A stretch of DNA of 64,000 nt from the human T2T-CHM13v2.0 reference genome, Homo sapiens: assembly GCF_009914755.1 (NCBI RefSeq), contig NC_060947.1, one strand, 5' to 3'. A program made the position numbers and the translations under genes. Positions 19,660-36,691 of the stretch are shown in pieces. The notes under the pieces were generated by a model. It searched no databases. It was given only the letters and a program-made list of their open reading frames with translations, and had not been told where the DNA came from. Every line of letters starts with the position of its first letter. Position 1 is the first letter of the stretch.

Positions 19660-20335
19660 TTGAGCCCAACAGGGAAGCAAGCATGGTGGCTAAATGCCCC
19701 GGCTCTATGCTCCTTGGGTGGGTCAGCTTTCTGCTGACTTCCACAAGTCCCAGCTAGACTGGGCTCCACTTGGCAACAGTAATAACTTGCCTGATAACCC
19801 TCTGATATGGTTTGGCTATGTCCTCACCCAAATCTCATCTTGAATTGTAGTTCCCATAATCTACACGTGTCATGGGAGGGACCCAGCGGGAGGTAATTAA
19901 ATCATGAGGGCAGTTACCCTCATGCTGTTCTCATGATAGTGAGTGAGTTCTCACAAGATCTGATGGTTTCATAAGGGGCTTTTCCCACCCTTCCCTCTCA
20001 TTCTTCTCCTTCCTGCCACCATGTTAAGAAGGACATGTTTGCTTCCCCTTCCACCGTAATTGTAAGTCTGCTGAGGCCTCCCCAGCCCTGTGGAACTGTG
20101 AGTCAATTAAACCTCTTTCCTTTATAAATTACCCAGTCTCGGGCAGTTCTTTATAGCAGCATGAGAACAGACTAATACACCCTCCTTTATGGGTTTACTT
20201 CCTTTTCTTTCCCTTCCTTTTCCCTGGTCATTTCTTTGTCCCCCCCATTGGTGCATCTTGAGGCCACCACCCAAATAAATGACTTGCACTCACATTCTTA
20301 TGTCAGAGACTCCTTCCTGGACCTAAGCTAAGATA
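19660..20335 (+). mobile_element. LTR33/LTR16-like ERVL LTR hosting THE1
   Basis: 3' end cccaaataaatgacttgcactc..tgtcagagactcc..ctaagata. Confidence 0.55.
19803..20179 (+). mobile_element. THE1 (THE1C-like) solo LTR
   Basis: tgatatggtttggct...gactaataca with a perfect 5-bp TSD ccctc (19798, 20180). Confidence 0.95.
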
Positions 20336-21085
20336 GAAGGGTGCAAGAGATTGGAGTTGGCATGAGATTGCTTCAATGTTTTACATTTTTTTATGCTGGC
20401 ATGTATTCATTTATTATTAATGCAATTAGAAATCAATTTTAAATAATAAATGTTGTAAGAGGAGAAACTACAGCTGGAGGACAGAAGCCACTGAAAGAGA
20501 CCACACTCTGCATCCTCCATTCCCTATCCTCTTGCACTGACTGAGACCCCACAGACCCACTGAATCCCACACCTGCCTCCACACACCCTTGAACATGACA
20601 ATAGCAGGTCATCATTTCAAGAGGAGCCGACATTTGTGGAGCAGATACTGTGCAAAATGCACTGTGCATGTTATCTGTTTTACATACTTGGGGCACATGC
20701 ATTTATCTCCCTTCTCCCTCCCAAGATCCCTATAATAGGATGGTGTAGGAACAAAAAAAGTATAAAGCCACAATAAGGAAGGGGAGGTGTCAGCAGATGA
20801 GAGATTTCAACGTGTTTCTGGAAGACAGAGAGCAGAAGGAAGGGTGGTGACAGGTGACACAGAGCAGGGAGAGCCACAGCTGGAACCTTCCCAGGCAGGG
20901 AGATATGAGGAAGAGGCTCCCGGCTAAGATCTGGGGGGTCCCTGAGGGCAGGAGTGTGCAGTGTGGCTGGAAACTGGACTGACCAGGGGCCTTCAGCTGA
21001 ATTGGCTGGTTACCCTACCACTGTCTCCATCTGCCTGGAAGAGGGGGACAGAGAGAAGAACCAGGAGCAAGCTTCTTGGTTTCTT

Positions 21086-21515
<430 letters not shown>

Positions 21516-21749
21516 TGAAGAACTGGAACACATTTTTCAAGAACTGGAGCCGCTTGTGTGTTTATTAGTGCCTTGAAAGAAAGCTCCCCAACAATCCATC
21601 ATTGGGGGGACCCCAGCTCACCCACCAGCGCTTCCCACCCCGTGCACATGACCCTTACAGTCCACGTTCCTCTTGCTCCACAGGAAGTAGCAGCCACCAT
21701 GGTTGCTCATCTAAAGAAAGCCTGCAACATAAAAGAGAAAGACAAAGGT

Positions 21750-22140
21750 GAACAACAGAAAAATTGATCCTGGAAGAAACAGAGATAATTTAAAGCACAG
21801 AGGAGAACTGTTTAAAAAAGAAGAAAGCTTTACATAGTACCCTCAGAGAGATTTGTGAGGCTACTGCATCCATAAAACAAGAAGACGGTGCTAACAATTA
21901 GAAAGAAAGCAAGAGCCCTTGGAAATTAAAAACATGGAGACAGAGTGAATGATATCGATTGAAGGCCTGACAGAAAAAAAAAAAAAACCAAGAGACCCTT
22001 CAAGAGCATAGAGCATAAAGAAAGAGACAGAAAATGTAAGAGAAAAGATAAGAGACATAGAGAATCATTCTGGGAGGTCCAACATGTGACTAATAATAGG
22101 ATTTTCTGAAAGAAAGAATATAGATGGCAGAGGGAAAGAG
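21750..22140 (+). mobile_element. HAL1 / old L1 ORF1-like fragment
   Basis: A-rich; tgcatccataaaacaagaa, cttggaaattaaaaa and ggaggtccaacat resemble HAL1. Confidence 0.6.
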
Positions 22141-22753
22141 CCTGCAGACGGTACTGGGCAGGCTCTGTGGGGCTGGGTGTGACCCCTGTGCTTTGTAAGC
22201 CAGGGTGCTTTTATGTTTTTTTGTATTCTGTGTCGGTTTCCCTTTTGTCCTCTCCCTCCTTCCCTATTTAGTGGTCTCAGCTGAGCGAGGAGGAGCCAAT
22301 GAGGGAATAGTGCGTCCATGCAGGGGACCCAGCGTTGTGGTATCAGAGGACCTGAAAATGAGGGTCCCCTAGGGGAAGGGGACTCTGGGGGGGCACAAGG
22401 TCAGAACTGTTCACTTCTCATCCTGCTGAGAGATTATCTTTCCCAAGCTAGGTCCTAGAGGCCCTAGGTTTTGTCTAAAAAAGGAAAGCCTGGGTTTTCC
22501 CTTACAAGCTATCTTGTGGGTAGGGAAGCCAACTTCTTCTACACATCTTCTATCCAGAGGGCACTAAGGTCAGTAGATGGACCTAATAGGAATTGATTGG
22601 AGCAGAAATTATTTTAAAAAAACCTTTTTAACCACGTTTTTGATACTGGAATGGGATGTCTGCCGAAGGACTGAGCCCTCTGTCACTGAAGGTATTTAGG
22701 CAGAACTCATACAAACATCCGTCAGGAAAACTGTAAAAGGACTTGGAACCCTA

Positions 22754-23007
22754 AAATAAACAAATTCACAGACAGAAAGTAGAATAGAGGTTACCAGGGA
22801 CTGGGGCAAGGGAGAACGAGGAGTTTTTGTTTAATAGGTATAGAGTTTCTGTTTGAGATAAGGAAAAGTTCTGGAAATAGTGGTGATAGCTACACAGCAT
22901 TGTTAACAGACGTAATGTCACTGAAATGTACACCCAAAGACGGTTAAGACCGTCAGTTTTGTGTTATGTATATTTTACCCCAATTTTCAAAATAAAAAAC
23001 AAAAAGA
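22754..23007 (+). mobile_element. L1MB-like 3' end
   Basis: acagaaagtagaatagaggttaccaggg..gttatgtatattttacc followed by an A-rich tail. Confidence 0.85.
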
Positions 23008-23379
<372 letters not shown>

Positions 23380-23464
23380 TCAGTGAGTTAAACATAGAGT
23401 TGCCATATGACCCAACAATTGCACTCCTAGGTATAGACACAAGAGAAATGAAAACATACATCCT

Positions 23465-23727
<263 letters not shown>

Positions 23728-24112
23728 TATACATTCACACAAAACGTTTATACAAATGCTCATAGCAGCATTATCCACAATAGCCAAAAAGTGAAAACAA
23801 CCCAAATATCCACTAATAGATCAATGGGTAAACAAAATGTGGTGCATCCATACAATGGAATATGATTCAGCCATAAAAAGGAATGAAGTACTGATGCACA
23901 CTACAGCATGGATGGACCTTGGAAACACTGCTGAGCTAAAGAAGCCAGATAAAAAATGCCATAATTGCATGATTCCATTTATATGAAATGTCCAAAATAG
24001 ATCAATCCATACAGATAGAAAGTAGAATAAAGGTTGCCTAGGGCTGGGGGTTTGGGGGCAAATTAAGAGTGACTGTTAATTTGTATCTTTTGGGGTGATA
24101 AAATGTGGTGAT

Positions 24113-24369
24113 GGGTGCAGTGGCAAGTGCCTGTAGTCCCAGCTGTGTGGGAGAATCACTTGAGCCTAGGGGTTCAAGACCTGCCTGGGTAACATAGCAA
24201 GACCCTGTCTCTACAAAAAGAAAAATAAAATATTAGTTGGACATGGTCCCAGCTGCTCGGGAAGCTGAGGTGGGAAGATCACTTGAGTTGAGGCTACAGT
24301 GAGCCATGACTGTGCCTCTGCACTCTAGCCTGGGCAACACAATGAGACCCCATCTCAAAAAAAAAAAAA
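24113..24369 (+). mobile_element. Alu (AluJ-like), degenerate
   Basis: TSD aaaatgtggtgatgg / aaaatggtgatgg. Confidence 0.88.
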
Positions 24370-24471
24370 TGGTGATGGTTGCAAAATTCTGAATGTACTA
24401 AAGAAAACCACTGAATTGTACACTTTAAAGGATGAATTATATGGTATGTGAATTATATCTCAGTAAAACTG

Positions 24472-24755
24472 TTTTGGGTTTGTTTGTTTTTTGACAGGGT
24501 TGTCTCCCAGGCTGGAGTGCAGGGGTGCCATCTCAGCTCACTGCAACCTTCAACCTTCACCTCCTGGGCTCAAGCAATCCTCCCACCTCAGTCTCCCAAG
24601 TAGCTGGGACTACAGGCACATGCCACCACACCAAGCTAATTTTTTTATTTTTAGTGGAGACAAGGTTTCACCATTTTGGCCAGGCTGGTCTCGAACTCCA
24701 ACCTCAGGTGATCCTCCTGCCTCAGCCTCCCAAAGTGCTGATATTACATGTGTGT
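24472..24755 (-). mobile_element. Alu
   Basis: Reverse Alu body with eroded 5' end. Confidence 0.9.
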
Positions 24756-25893
24756 AATGCCGAGTTTAAAAAACAAAGGGCGGGGGGAATAGGAGCTTCC
24801 TACCAAGATGGAGGTGGGGGCAAATGTGACGTCTTTCCATTCCAAGGCTCCTGGATGGATCTCTCATGTCTCTCCCTCCTTCGGGTTCCAGACTCCTGGA
24901 GAGCTTTCTCAGCAGCACCCCATACCTTCCCTGCCATGGTGCCTGCTAGCAGCCAGGTTGGAAGCTTCAGCCACACCAACAAGGTACAACCTGCATCACA
25001 TCATCAGCCTGGCCCCCCGGGTTGGTTTGTTTTTCCAGGGCATAAATGTATTTTATGGAGAAATAAAATGCACAATAATAAAAAGGGGGAGGGGAGTGTT
25101 TCCACAGGCCCACATTTTATCCAAAGGGGCTGTGATTTGGCATCCCTGGCTCGAATATGAAATTATTACACAAGAATTGACTCTCGGTGTCTCCGATGCT
25201 CCCTGGGATGATTGCTTCTATAACTTATGGAGACAGCTGAGCGTTTGTATTCAAGTGATCACATAAATTAATATCCATATGTGGAAATGGTGTGCTGGGA
25301 GCTGGCCTGGTTTAAGAATGCATTCCTTGTAATGATCCTTGCACCTGAAGAAAAATGCCCATCCAGGGGCCCCGAGCGTAGGTCTGGAATACTCTCGTCA
25401 TGGCTCAGAAGGTTTGAAGTAAAATAAGGCATGCAAAATGTTACCCCTTTAAAGTTGTGAAGAACTGGGTGCTGTTTTCGGCCATGATGTCATCAGAGGG
25501 AATGAAGGGAACTGCTTTACTTAAATAAATACATAAATACGCATGTGCCTTAAAATGTAATGTTTCGCTCCTCAGGGATGAGTTTAGCCCAAAGTTCTAA
25601 TTATACGTATGGCAGCAAAGGCCTCCCAGTCTTCATGCTTGCCAAAAGCTTTTATTTTGCTACGTGACAGAAGACAACATTATTCCTTTCTCCTTAGGAG
25701 ATTGCCAACACCATGCCAAAGGATCGACAGGGGTGGCAGCAGCACCAGCAGGAACTGCTGAAGGCCTTTGTGTGGGCCAGGCAGGGGACCGGGAGGTAGA
25801 AAACCCAGGCCCTACCCTTAGATCACGTAGGTGAGGCCGCAAGCCACAGCCAGGCAAGGCTGCGCAAGCTGGGGCCCAGGGATCCATGGAGGC

Positions 25894-26052
25894 ATGGTAC
25901 CTGGCACAGACCCAAAAATATTTACTGAATGAAAACACAAAAGAAAAGGAACGGAGTCATCCGAGGCTCCTTCCACCCTCACTTGCTCACTCATTCATTC
26001 ATTCACTTATTCATTCAGTAAACATTTCTCGGGCTCTTACTGTGTGTCGGCA
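25894..26052. mobile_element. Two L2 3' ends, tail to tail
   Basis: + strand: cctggcacag..aatatttactgaatgaa; - strand: (tcat)n..cagtaaacattt..actgtgtgtc. Confidence 0.65.
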
Positions 26053-26342
26053 AAACCCTAAACAATCCTGACTCGAGATAAAGGGGTGTGAGCCAACAGA
26101 GCCCTCTCACATGGCCAATGTTTAATTCCACCCAATTCATTCTGGGGCCTTCCAATGCTGGGTAGATTTATAGCCTTTTCAGGTGATGGATGACGAACAT
26201 GTGCTCAATAGAAAAGGATGGCTATGGGTGGCCCCTACAGATCTGGCCACTTCTTCCTATTCTTCCCCAGACAAGTCTACCTCTGTCCAGGGCAGCCAAT
26301 CAGCCTCAAATGGGACTTGGCTAAATTTAAAAATAAACTGTT

Positions 26343-26642
26343 GCTGGGCACAAGGACTCATGCCTATAATCCCAACACTTTGGGAAGCTGAGGATGGAGA
26401 ATCACTTGAGCCCAGGAGTTCGAGACCAGCCTGAGTAACATAGCAAGACTCCATCTCTAGAAAAAAATGAAAAATGAGCCAGACATGGTGATGCGTGCCT
26501 GTGGTCCTAGCTACTCAGAAGGCTGAGGCAGGAGGATCACTTGAGCCCAAGAGATCCAGGCTGCAGTGAGCTGTGATCTGCCCCACTGCACTCCAGCCTG
26601 GGTGACAGAGCAAGACCCTATCTCTAAATAAATAAATAAAAA
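26343..26642 (+). mobile_element. Alu (AluJ-like)
   Basis: Full Alu with (TAAA)n tail. Confidence 0.94.
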
Positions 26643-26703
26643 GTGTTTGAAGGCTTCCTTTTTGTATCAAGAGCTGGACAAACCTGGGATAGTGGGACTT
26701 CTT

Positions 26704-26707
<4 letters not shown>

Positions 26708-26747
<40 letters not shown>
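26708..26747. repeat. (CA)20 microsatellite
   Basis: Read directly from the sequence. Confidence 0.97.
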
Positions 26748-26748
<1 letters not shown>

Positions 26749-26897
26749 CCTTGGTTCTCCCATATCCATCTCTTCACCCCATCCACCTCCATCTCACAAA
26801 CTTTCACTTTGCCTTTGCAAGGAGGACAGCAGACTTCTGAGAAACCTTAAGAAAGACTCTTCTAAGGTTTCAAGGCCATGGACTTTTCCCTCAGCAG

Positions 26898-27100
26898 CAG
26901 TAATGTGCTGGTAAATATTAAACAACCGAATCTCCCGGGGGTGGGGGGGAAAACCCCGATTGTAGCATTTGCTGATTTCTGTGGTGTAAATACTCCCACC
27001 AGGGCCAATTCCAAGCTACCAACATCACATCACTGACTGCAGGGGTTGGGAAGAGACATGTGTCATCAGCTCTCATCGTCTGGCAAGTGCCAGCTCCCAC
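26898..27100. mobile_element. MER63-like hAT-Blackjack element
   Basis: tgtgctggtaaat..gtggtgtaaatactcccacc..caagctaccaac..gttgggaagaga. Confidence 0.75.
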
Positions 27101-27865
27101 TTGAGAGCTTCAGAAACAAGCCTGGCATTTCCCAGATGCAGCACGAAAGCAAAGGGGAGTGAGGGAGCGTGCTCGTCGGTGGTCAGAGGGCCAGGTCTCT
27201 CTTTCCCTGGGACTCTGAGATGCAGTACGGTCATCTCAGGGGCTGCCTTGCTCCCCCCTGGAATCTGTTCCCATGAGAAAGAGAAAGGAAAACCTGCGAT
27301 CACTCCAGCAGAACCTCAGCTACTCCCCCCAGTTTAGACAAGATTCCTGGCTTCTCTCTTCTTGCTCTCGAAGGACCCAAATGGTAAACACCTGGGAGAG
27401 AAGACTCCACACTCCAGAAAGTGAATTGTGATTTCCTTTAAAAGCCTATGCATTCCCACAGTGCAATATTTCATAATAAGAAAATGGGAATCAAAATTCT
27501 TCCCCACTAAGAAGGAACAGTGGAATGAGAGACGGAGAAGTCACTGAGGTGGAAAAATTGATTTGCAATATCCACAGCAGATTCGGCGGCTTTAACAGCA
27601 CCTGGATAAACCCAGCACTTCTGCCAAAGCCTGGATGTTTTTAGAGCAGTGTGCAGCTTCACTACGAGCGATTTGCATCCAAGCCATAAAGGATATGTGG
27701 CGGGTTCCAATGCCAGCCTCCAGCTCCTCTTCATTGCGGAACTGCTGATAATCTTTACCGGGCCCCTCTTCCTTTTGCAATTCCTTATGTGGTCCCAAGC
27801 AGGTTGGGACCACCCCTCTGGCTTCCAGCCCTCATAACTGGAACCTTGGTTTTTGCTCATGCACT

Positions 27866-28933
<1,068 letters not shown>

Positions 28934-29139
28934 TAGGTTATGTTTAAATATAGAGGCTTTACCAACTTGTTTCTGCAGAAGACTTGGCCACTCACCAACA
29001 TGGTGTTGGAGACCTTGCAAATCAACTTCCAAATATACCAGTACTTCAAGGATGTATGCATGCCTTTGGCTACAGCAATTACACACATATATGCTTGCCT
29101 GAATTAGCAATGGTGTTTGGTTTATGCTTTATCTCTGAC

Positions 29140-29730
29140 AATGAATCATTTGTTAAGTACCTACTGTATACCAAACACTATGTGTCATGTACCTGGACCC
29201 TATAATCAAGAACTCACGGCTACAGTTGGGAACTCGAGTTCATAAAAAGGAGAATATTTTAAGGCCCAAGTGAATGATACAGAATGCTGAGAATTCAACA
29301 GGGGAAAAAAATCACTTTTAGGATTAGGGAGAGTGGTGGGCACCAAGAAAGTTTTCACAGAAAAGGAAGAAATTGAGATAACCCTTAAAGAAAGAGTTGG
29401 TCTCAGATGTAGGCTCAGGGCCAACATTCCAGGCAATGAGTCCAGGTGTGCTCATGTAAGATTTAAGGGGTGATTCATGGAACAGACCAGTTAAGGAAAT
29501 GGTAAACTGAGCCAATTCACAGAGGTTTTCAATGTCAAAAGACTCACAACTCTGTTCTGTGGGCAAGAAGAACTATTAGCAATTTTCGAGCATGACAAAG
29601 CAGTCCTCTTATACTTTGGTTTAATCTGGTGGTAACGTGTAAAATGTGGAAGGTAGAGCAGACCTGGACATCAGGAGACCAGATGGCAGCCTCAGACAAT
29701 AAGGCCTAAACACAAAGTAGAGACAATGGA
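29140..29730 (-). mobile_element. Degenerate L2 fragment
   Basis: Starts atttgttaagtacctactgtatacca; purine-rich L2-like body. Confidence 0.45.
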
Positions 29731-29744
29731 GAAAGCTATGCTTA

Positions 29745-30051
<307 letters not shown>

Positions 30052-30099
30052 GATCAGCATATATTAGAGTCAAAAAATCTTCTAAAACAAGTACTCACA

Positions 30100-30200
30100 A
30101 ATATTCATTTTACAAATGAAGAAACAGAGGCCCATAGAGGTGAAGTCACTTTCCCAAGACCACATAATGAGTTAAGAGCTGAACTGGGAACAGAGTCCAG
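30100..30200 (-). mobile_element. MIR fragment
   Basis: cattttacaaatgaagaaacagaggccca..cccaagaccaca. Confidence 0.7.
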
Positions 30201-30222
30201 GAATATCAGTTAAGAATGCTAG

Positions 30223-30907
<685 letters not shown>

Positions 30908-31301
30908 TCACATGGCTACCACTAGCTCTAAAGGAGCCTGGGGACTTGAGAATTTCACTTATGTAGCCTCTGTGGTAGAGGATGAGAAGGCAGAAGGGAG
31001 CTGGAATGGGTGTAAGACTAACTAGAGTATTTGCCTGATGCCAGCTCTCTTATCTCCTGGTCCAAGACTTGTCGTATTTTACATCGTGACAGGGCTGGCT
31101 GCAGTGGGGTAAGAAGGAGAGGGGGACCACACACGTTTATCTAGACCAGAGCCAGGGAAGATGGCCACCTTTTTCCCAGATGTTGATAACACCTCTCTGG
31201 GGACATTAGGAACTGCTCAAAAGAAGGGAGACAAGCTGCTAATGTATGGTGGACAAGGAGAAAGAAGCAATGTAATTTACCCCACAACAAACTAACGATT
31301 A

Positions 31302-31771
<470 letters not shown>

Positions 31772-32077
31772 TTAATCCTAGGAGAACAGCTTAGGAAAGG
31801 GTTTGAAAGCAAAGCATGAAATCCTGAACAGGCTCCACCAGAAATAAAAGCAAACATTCTCCTTGGCACCAACTAGGATAAAAGATGCCCCAGCACACCA
31901 GGCTCACTTCTGGGTGGGTCCTTCAGAAAGATGTAAAAAGACCAGAAAAACAACTAAAATAATGACAAAGCTTCTTGAGCTATGCCCTGTGGTAGAGGGA
32001 GAGGTCTGGGTTTCCATCCAGGTTCCATGCCTCTTAGATCTAATTTCTCCAAATCTCTACATTTCTCCGAGATGGCA

Positions 32078-32997
<920 letters not shown>

Positions 32998-35900
32998 GAG
33001 GAGTTGCCAAAAAAGCCATAAGTACCAAAACCTCCCCAGTCCATCAAAAGCTGCCATTCGCCTCTACCCAGCTACATCCAGTTTTGGGGATTAGAACCCT
33101 AGCTACATCTGGCCTTATCAAAGAGAATACCAGAATGTCTAAGCTGAAAAGACCCTTGCAAATCATCGCCCTCCGCACCCCTCAGCTCACCAGGGTGCAG
33201 AGAGGGGAGGAGGCCTGCCTAAGTGTGCAGGAATAGCTCAGCTGCAGAACAGGACAAGAACAGACCTACAAAATTGCAGCCAAGCGTTCTTTAACTTCCT
33301 CCTGCAGCCTCCTAGGGAATGGTGCATAAAGGACTAAACAAAACCCCAGAGAATGTCACCAGAAATGGGAACAGGTTCTGGCCAGCCTACTGTGATAGCT
33401 CAGTGAAGAATTTCTTTGGGGAAAACAAAATCCTCTTGGACTGAAGGAGGCCGGGGCTGCACAAAAGGCTGGGATGTCCGGGGCCCTTCCGGCCTGGATC
33501 AGGAACAGTGTGGCTAGGGACCTAGCATTTTTCTACGACAGGCTGATCTGGGTGGAGGAGGTCCAGAGCTGAAAGACCCCCTCATGGACATCATAAAACA
33601 TACACCAATGAGAAAGAGCTGGCTGAAGCAGCTCAGAAAACCACACACCTTCTTCCTGAGAACAGCAGTCCTGGTATCTGATCAGTAGTACCTCAAAGGC
33701 CTACCACTCTGACCTGCTCCCTGCAATGACATCTGCTTCCCACCTGCCCCCAGGGAGGCCACACGTCCCCTTCATGTTTTCACCAAGAGGGAAAAGATGG
33801 TCTCTCACCTGGCTTCCCTTTGATCTTTCCCTTCCTGGCCAACATCCAGGCCTGGCAGTAGCATTTCTCAGAAACCTGGGGACAAGTTTATCTGAGCACC
33901 AGATCCATGTCAGGGGGGATGTTTTCACGGAGATGTGTTGCAATGTTCTTTATTACATGCTTTTTCTCTCCTTGCCTTTTTTTAACAAGACTCCAGTGGG
34001 AACACCAAATGGCCTCAGACCCTAAGGAATTTGAAAGGATTATCATGATTACTTAAGCAGGGGTTTTCTGAAACTCCCAGCCAAGTGGGAAAGAGAATGA
34101 AACTTCTAAAGTTATATCCCTTCAGCGATTGGTTAGATAAGTGTGGGGCCTGAGCAAACAGACAAACCAGGAGCAGCATTTCTCCAATTAACTCTTTCAA
34201 GGCCTAGAAAACACACACTGGAAGCCTTTGAAAGTCCCTCGGGGCACTGGTACTCTATAATTTACCAAGACAAGCCTTCATTCCTTAAATAAAAGTTCAT
34301 GAACCGATCCTTTCTTCATCTGTTTTTATGCCTGCCCGATCCCCCAAAGCGCTACAACTCCATCCATCCCAAGCCATCTCATTCTTCCAAGCAGAAAGCA
34401 GTCCCTGAGGGAGGAAGGCAGCTGCTGCAGGGCTGGCCAGAGACTGTCCAAGAAGTCTCAGATCTCGTGGCCATGAGAGGAATCCCATCTGCAAGTCACC
34501 CTAGTAGCGGAACCAGATGGAAGGCCTGGCCTGGTGGCAATTCTGGTCTGGCCTCCCAAGATGGCATCACAGGCCTCCCCTGGGTCTGAGAAGCACCTGT
34601 GAGAAAGCCTCAAGGCACATACAGCGACAGGAGCCTTTGCTGCAGAAAGAAAACTGCAGGAGACAAATCTCCCTAGTTCCAGAGATATCATCCCGGATCA
34701 ACATGACAAAGGTGGAGGTGGTTGCTGGCTTGTGCCCAGGCACGCAGGCATAGATAGGGCAGGGAGCCCCAATGTCAGAGCATAAGAGCAGGGAATCTCT
34801 GCTTTCAAATTCCCATCGAGTTTGCAAAAAAGGAAGAAAATATCCCACAAAAAGTGACGCAAATTTGTGTAAACCCAAGGATTCAGGATCCAGAGTCCTG
34901 GCCTGTCTGTATCTGGGGGAACCCAGGTTAGCTCACGGGACAGGTTTTATCTTAATGAGGGCAGACCCAACCCCTGCAGCTTGGGTTTGGGCAACTAAAG
35001 AGAAATGGGTAAAAGACAATAATATAATAACTGTATAAAAAGAGGTGCTTTTGAATTCTGGAAACAACCCCTACAAAGTACGAAGGGCATCAAGACAGGT
35101 TGGAGCAATAACTTTTCCAAGAATTGACGACCCCCCCACCCCGAGTCTTGCCAATCCTGGACCCAGGAAAGAGGATGGGGCGGGAGGGGTCTTAATCTGC
35201 CGCTCTACAGGCTTCCTGCATAGGCAACCACCCAAAGTCAGTCCCAGCCCGCGCGCAGGGCTCCCTCCTACCCTACAACAGCCCCGAGGGGCCTCAAGTC
35301 CCACTGCCTGGAACCCCACAAGCCACCCCCGCCCCCGCGCCATTTCCAGTCCTCTGGGCGAGGGGGGTCAATGTCGTTCAAGTAATTTCTCTGCGAACAC
35401 AAGATGGCAGCCTTAAATAAATGCAACCCTGCGCAGCTTTTAATCTTACACATCATTAAATTCCTAATTTACACATTATGTTTTCGTGGGCCAACCCATA
35501 ACTCATTAGTGTTGAACTCACGAGGTATAAAGACCAACGCACGACGGGCGCCGGGGCGCCGTCACCTGCCTGGGTTAACAGTTCCTGCCGCGGGGGCAGG
35601 GAGAAAGGCGCTAGAGGGGCGCGGGGTGCCGGCGGGGCCGAGCCCGGGGCGCGGGCGAGCCCTGGGTGCCAGGCCCTGCGCCGCACGCCACTCTCGCAGC
35701 GCTGCCGCCGGGAAAGTGCCGGCGCTGGCTCTCCCTCCCCTCCCGGGAATAGCGGGCGCAGGCACGCACATCCACACACATCCACACACACACACACACC
35801 GCACACTCACACACCCGGGTGGCCGCGCGGGGCTCCGAGCCGCGCAGGCCTCCTTGGCAGACATCTTCCTGTGGGAGGATTTCAAACGAGCCGTGAAAGC

Positions 35901-36170
35901 CAGAAACTACACGGGTTACAAACTCCGGAATCCCTGGCCGGCCTCGGCCTCCCTCCCCACCTCCGGCCCGGCCCCCTCCGTTCGGCCCGTGGCCAGGAGC
36001 CCCACCAAAGGACAAAGCTCACACGCCGAAAGCGCGGGGAGATCCGGGGGCGCAGAGACTGCCCCGACGGCCCTTCTACCTTCTGACCCTGGGACCCACG
36101 GCCAAGTGCCGCGCAGCCGAGGTCGGCCTTGCTGATCTGTGGTGGCCCAGGGCGACCCGAAGCGCACCGG

Positions 36171-36337
36171 CTTCAGGGTGCGCCCTGGCCAGGGCGTGGG
36201 GTGGAGGGTCACATAAGCCACCTGGCATCCGAGGGTGGCCGCCTCGCCCCCTCAACGCCGCTCTCCAGGGAAGGAGGCGGCGGGGTCACCAGGGCGCAGC
36301 TGACAGCCCCAGGCCCCGGCCAGGGCGCACCCTAAAG
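36171..36337. repeat. 31-bp inverted repeat with 105-bp spacer
   Basis: Arms 36171-36201 and 36307-36337 are 28/31 complementary. Confidence 0.85.
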
Positions 36338-36649
36338 AAGAGGGAGGCTGCTGCCTGAACTGGCCTGGGGGCAGAGGGAAGTGGGCCCCGCGCTGTGGAA
36401 GGCCCCAGGCTGGAGCGCCGGGGACAGCTGTCCAAGCGGCGAGGGCTAGGAGTGGCCTCGCCTAGCGCTGAGCCGGCCAGGCCCTGGAGGTGCTCCGCGC
36501 CTTCTCGGCCAAAAGCCAGCTCCGCGCCGCTGGCGGAGTGGGAGGGAGGCGGCCAGGCGAGCGCCCCGCCTTCGTCGCCCGCGGTCACAGGGGCAATTAC
36601 ACTCCTCGCTGCAGACGGTTACCAGCTCGCCCGCGCATCCCTCTCTCGG

Positions 36650-36691
36650 CTCCCCTCTCCTCCCCTCTCCTCTCCTCCCCTCCCCTCCTCC
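36650..36691. repeat. Pure polypyrimidine (CCCCT/CTCCT)n tract
   Basis: 42 nt of C/T only; four G4 runs on the minus strand. Confidence 0.85.

Noticed and set aside
20077-20089. PRDM9 hotspot motif position in the THE1 LTR
   Set aside because: Reads CCTCCCCAGCCCT, which mismatches CCNCCNTNNCCNC at positions 7 and 13
35404-36135. 243-aa ATG-initiated ORF in island A
   Set aside because: No recognisable domain, runs through a CA-type repeat, and long ORFs overlap it in several frames, which is typical of CpG islands
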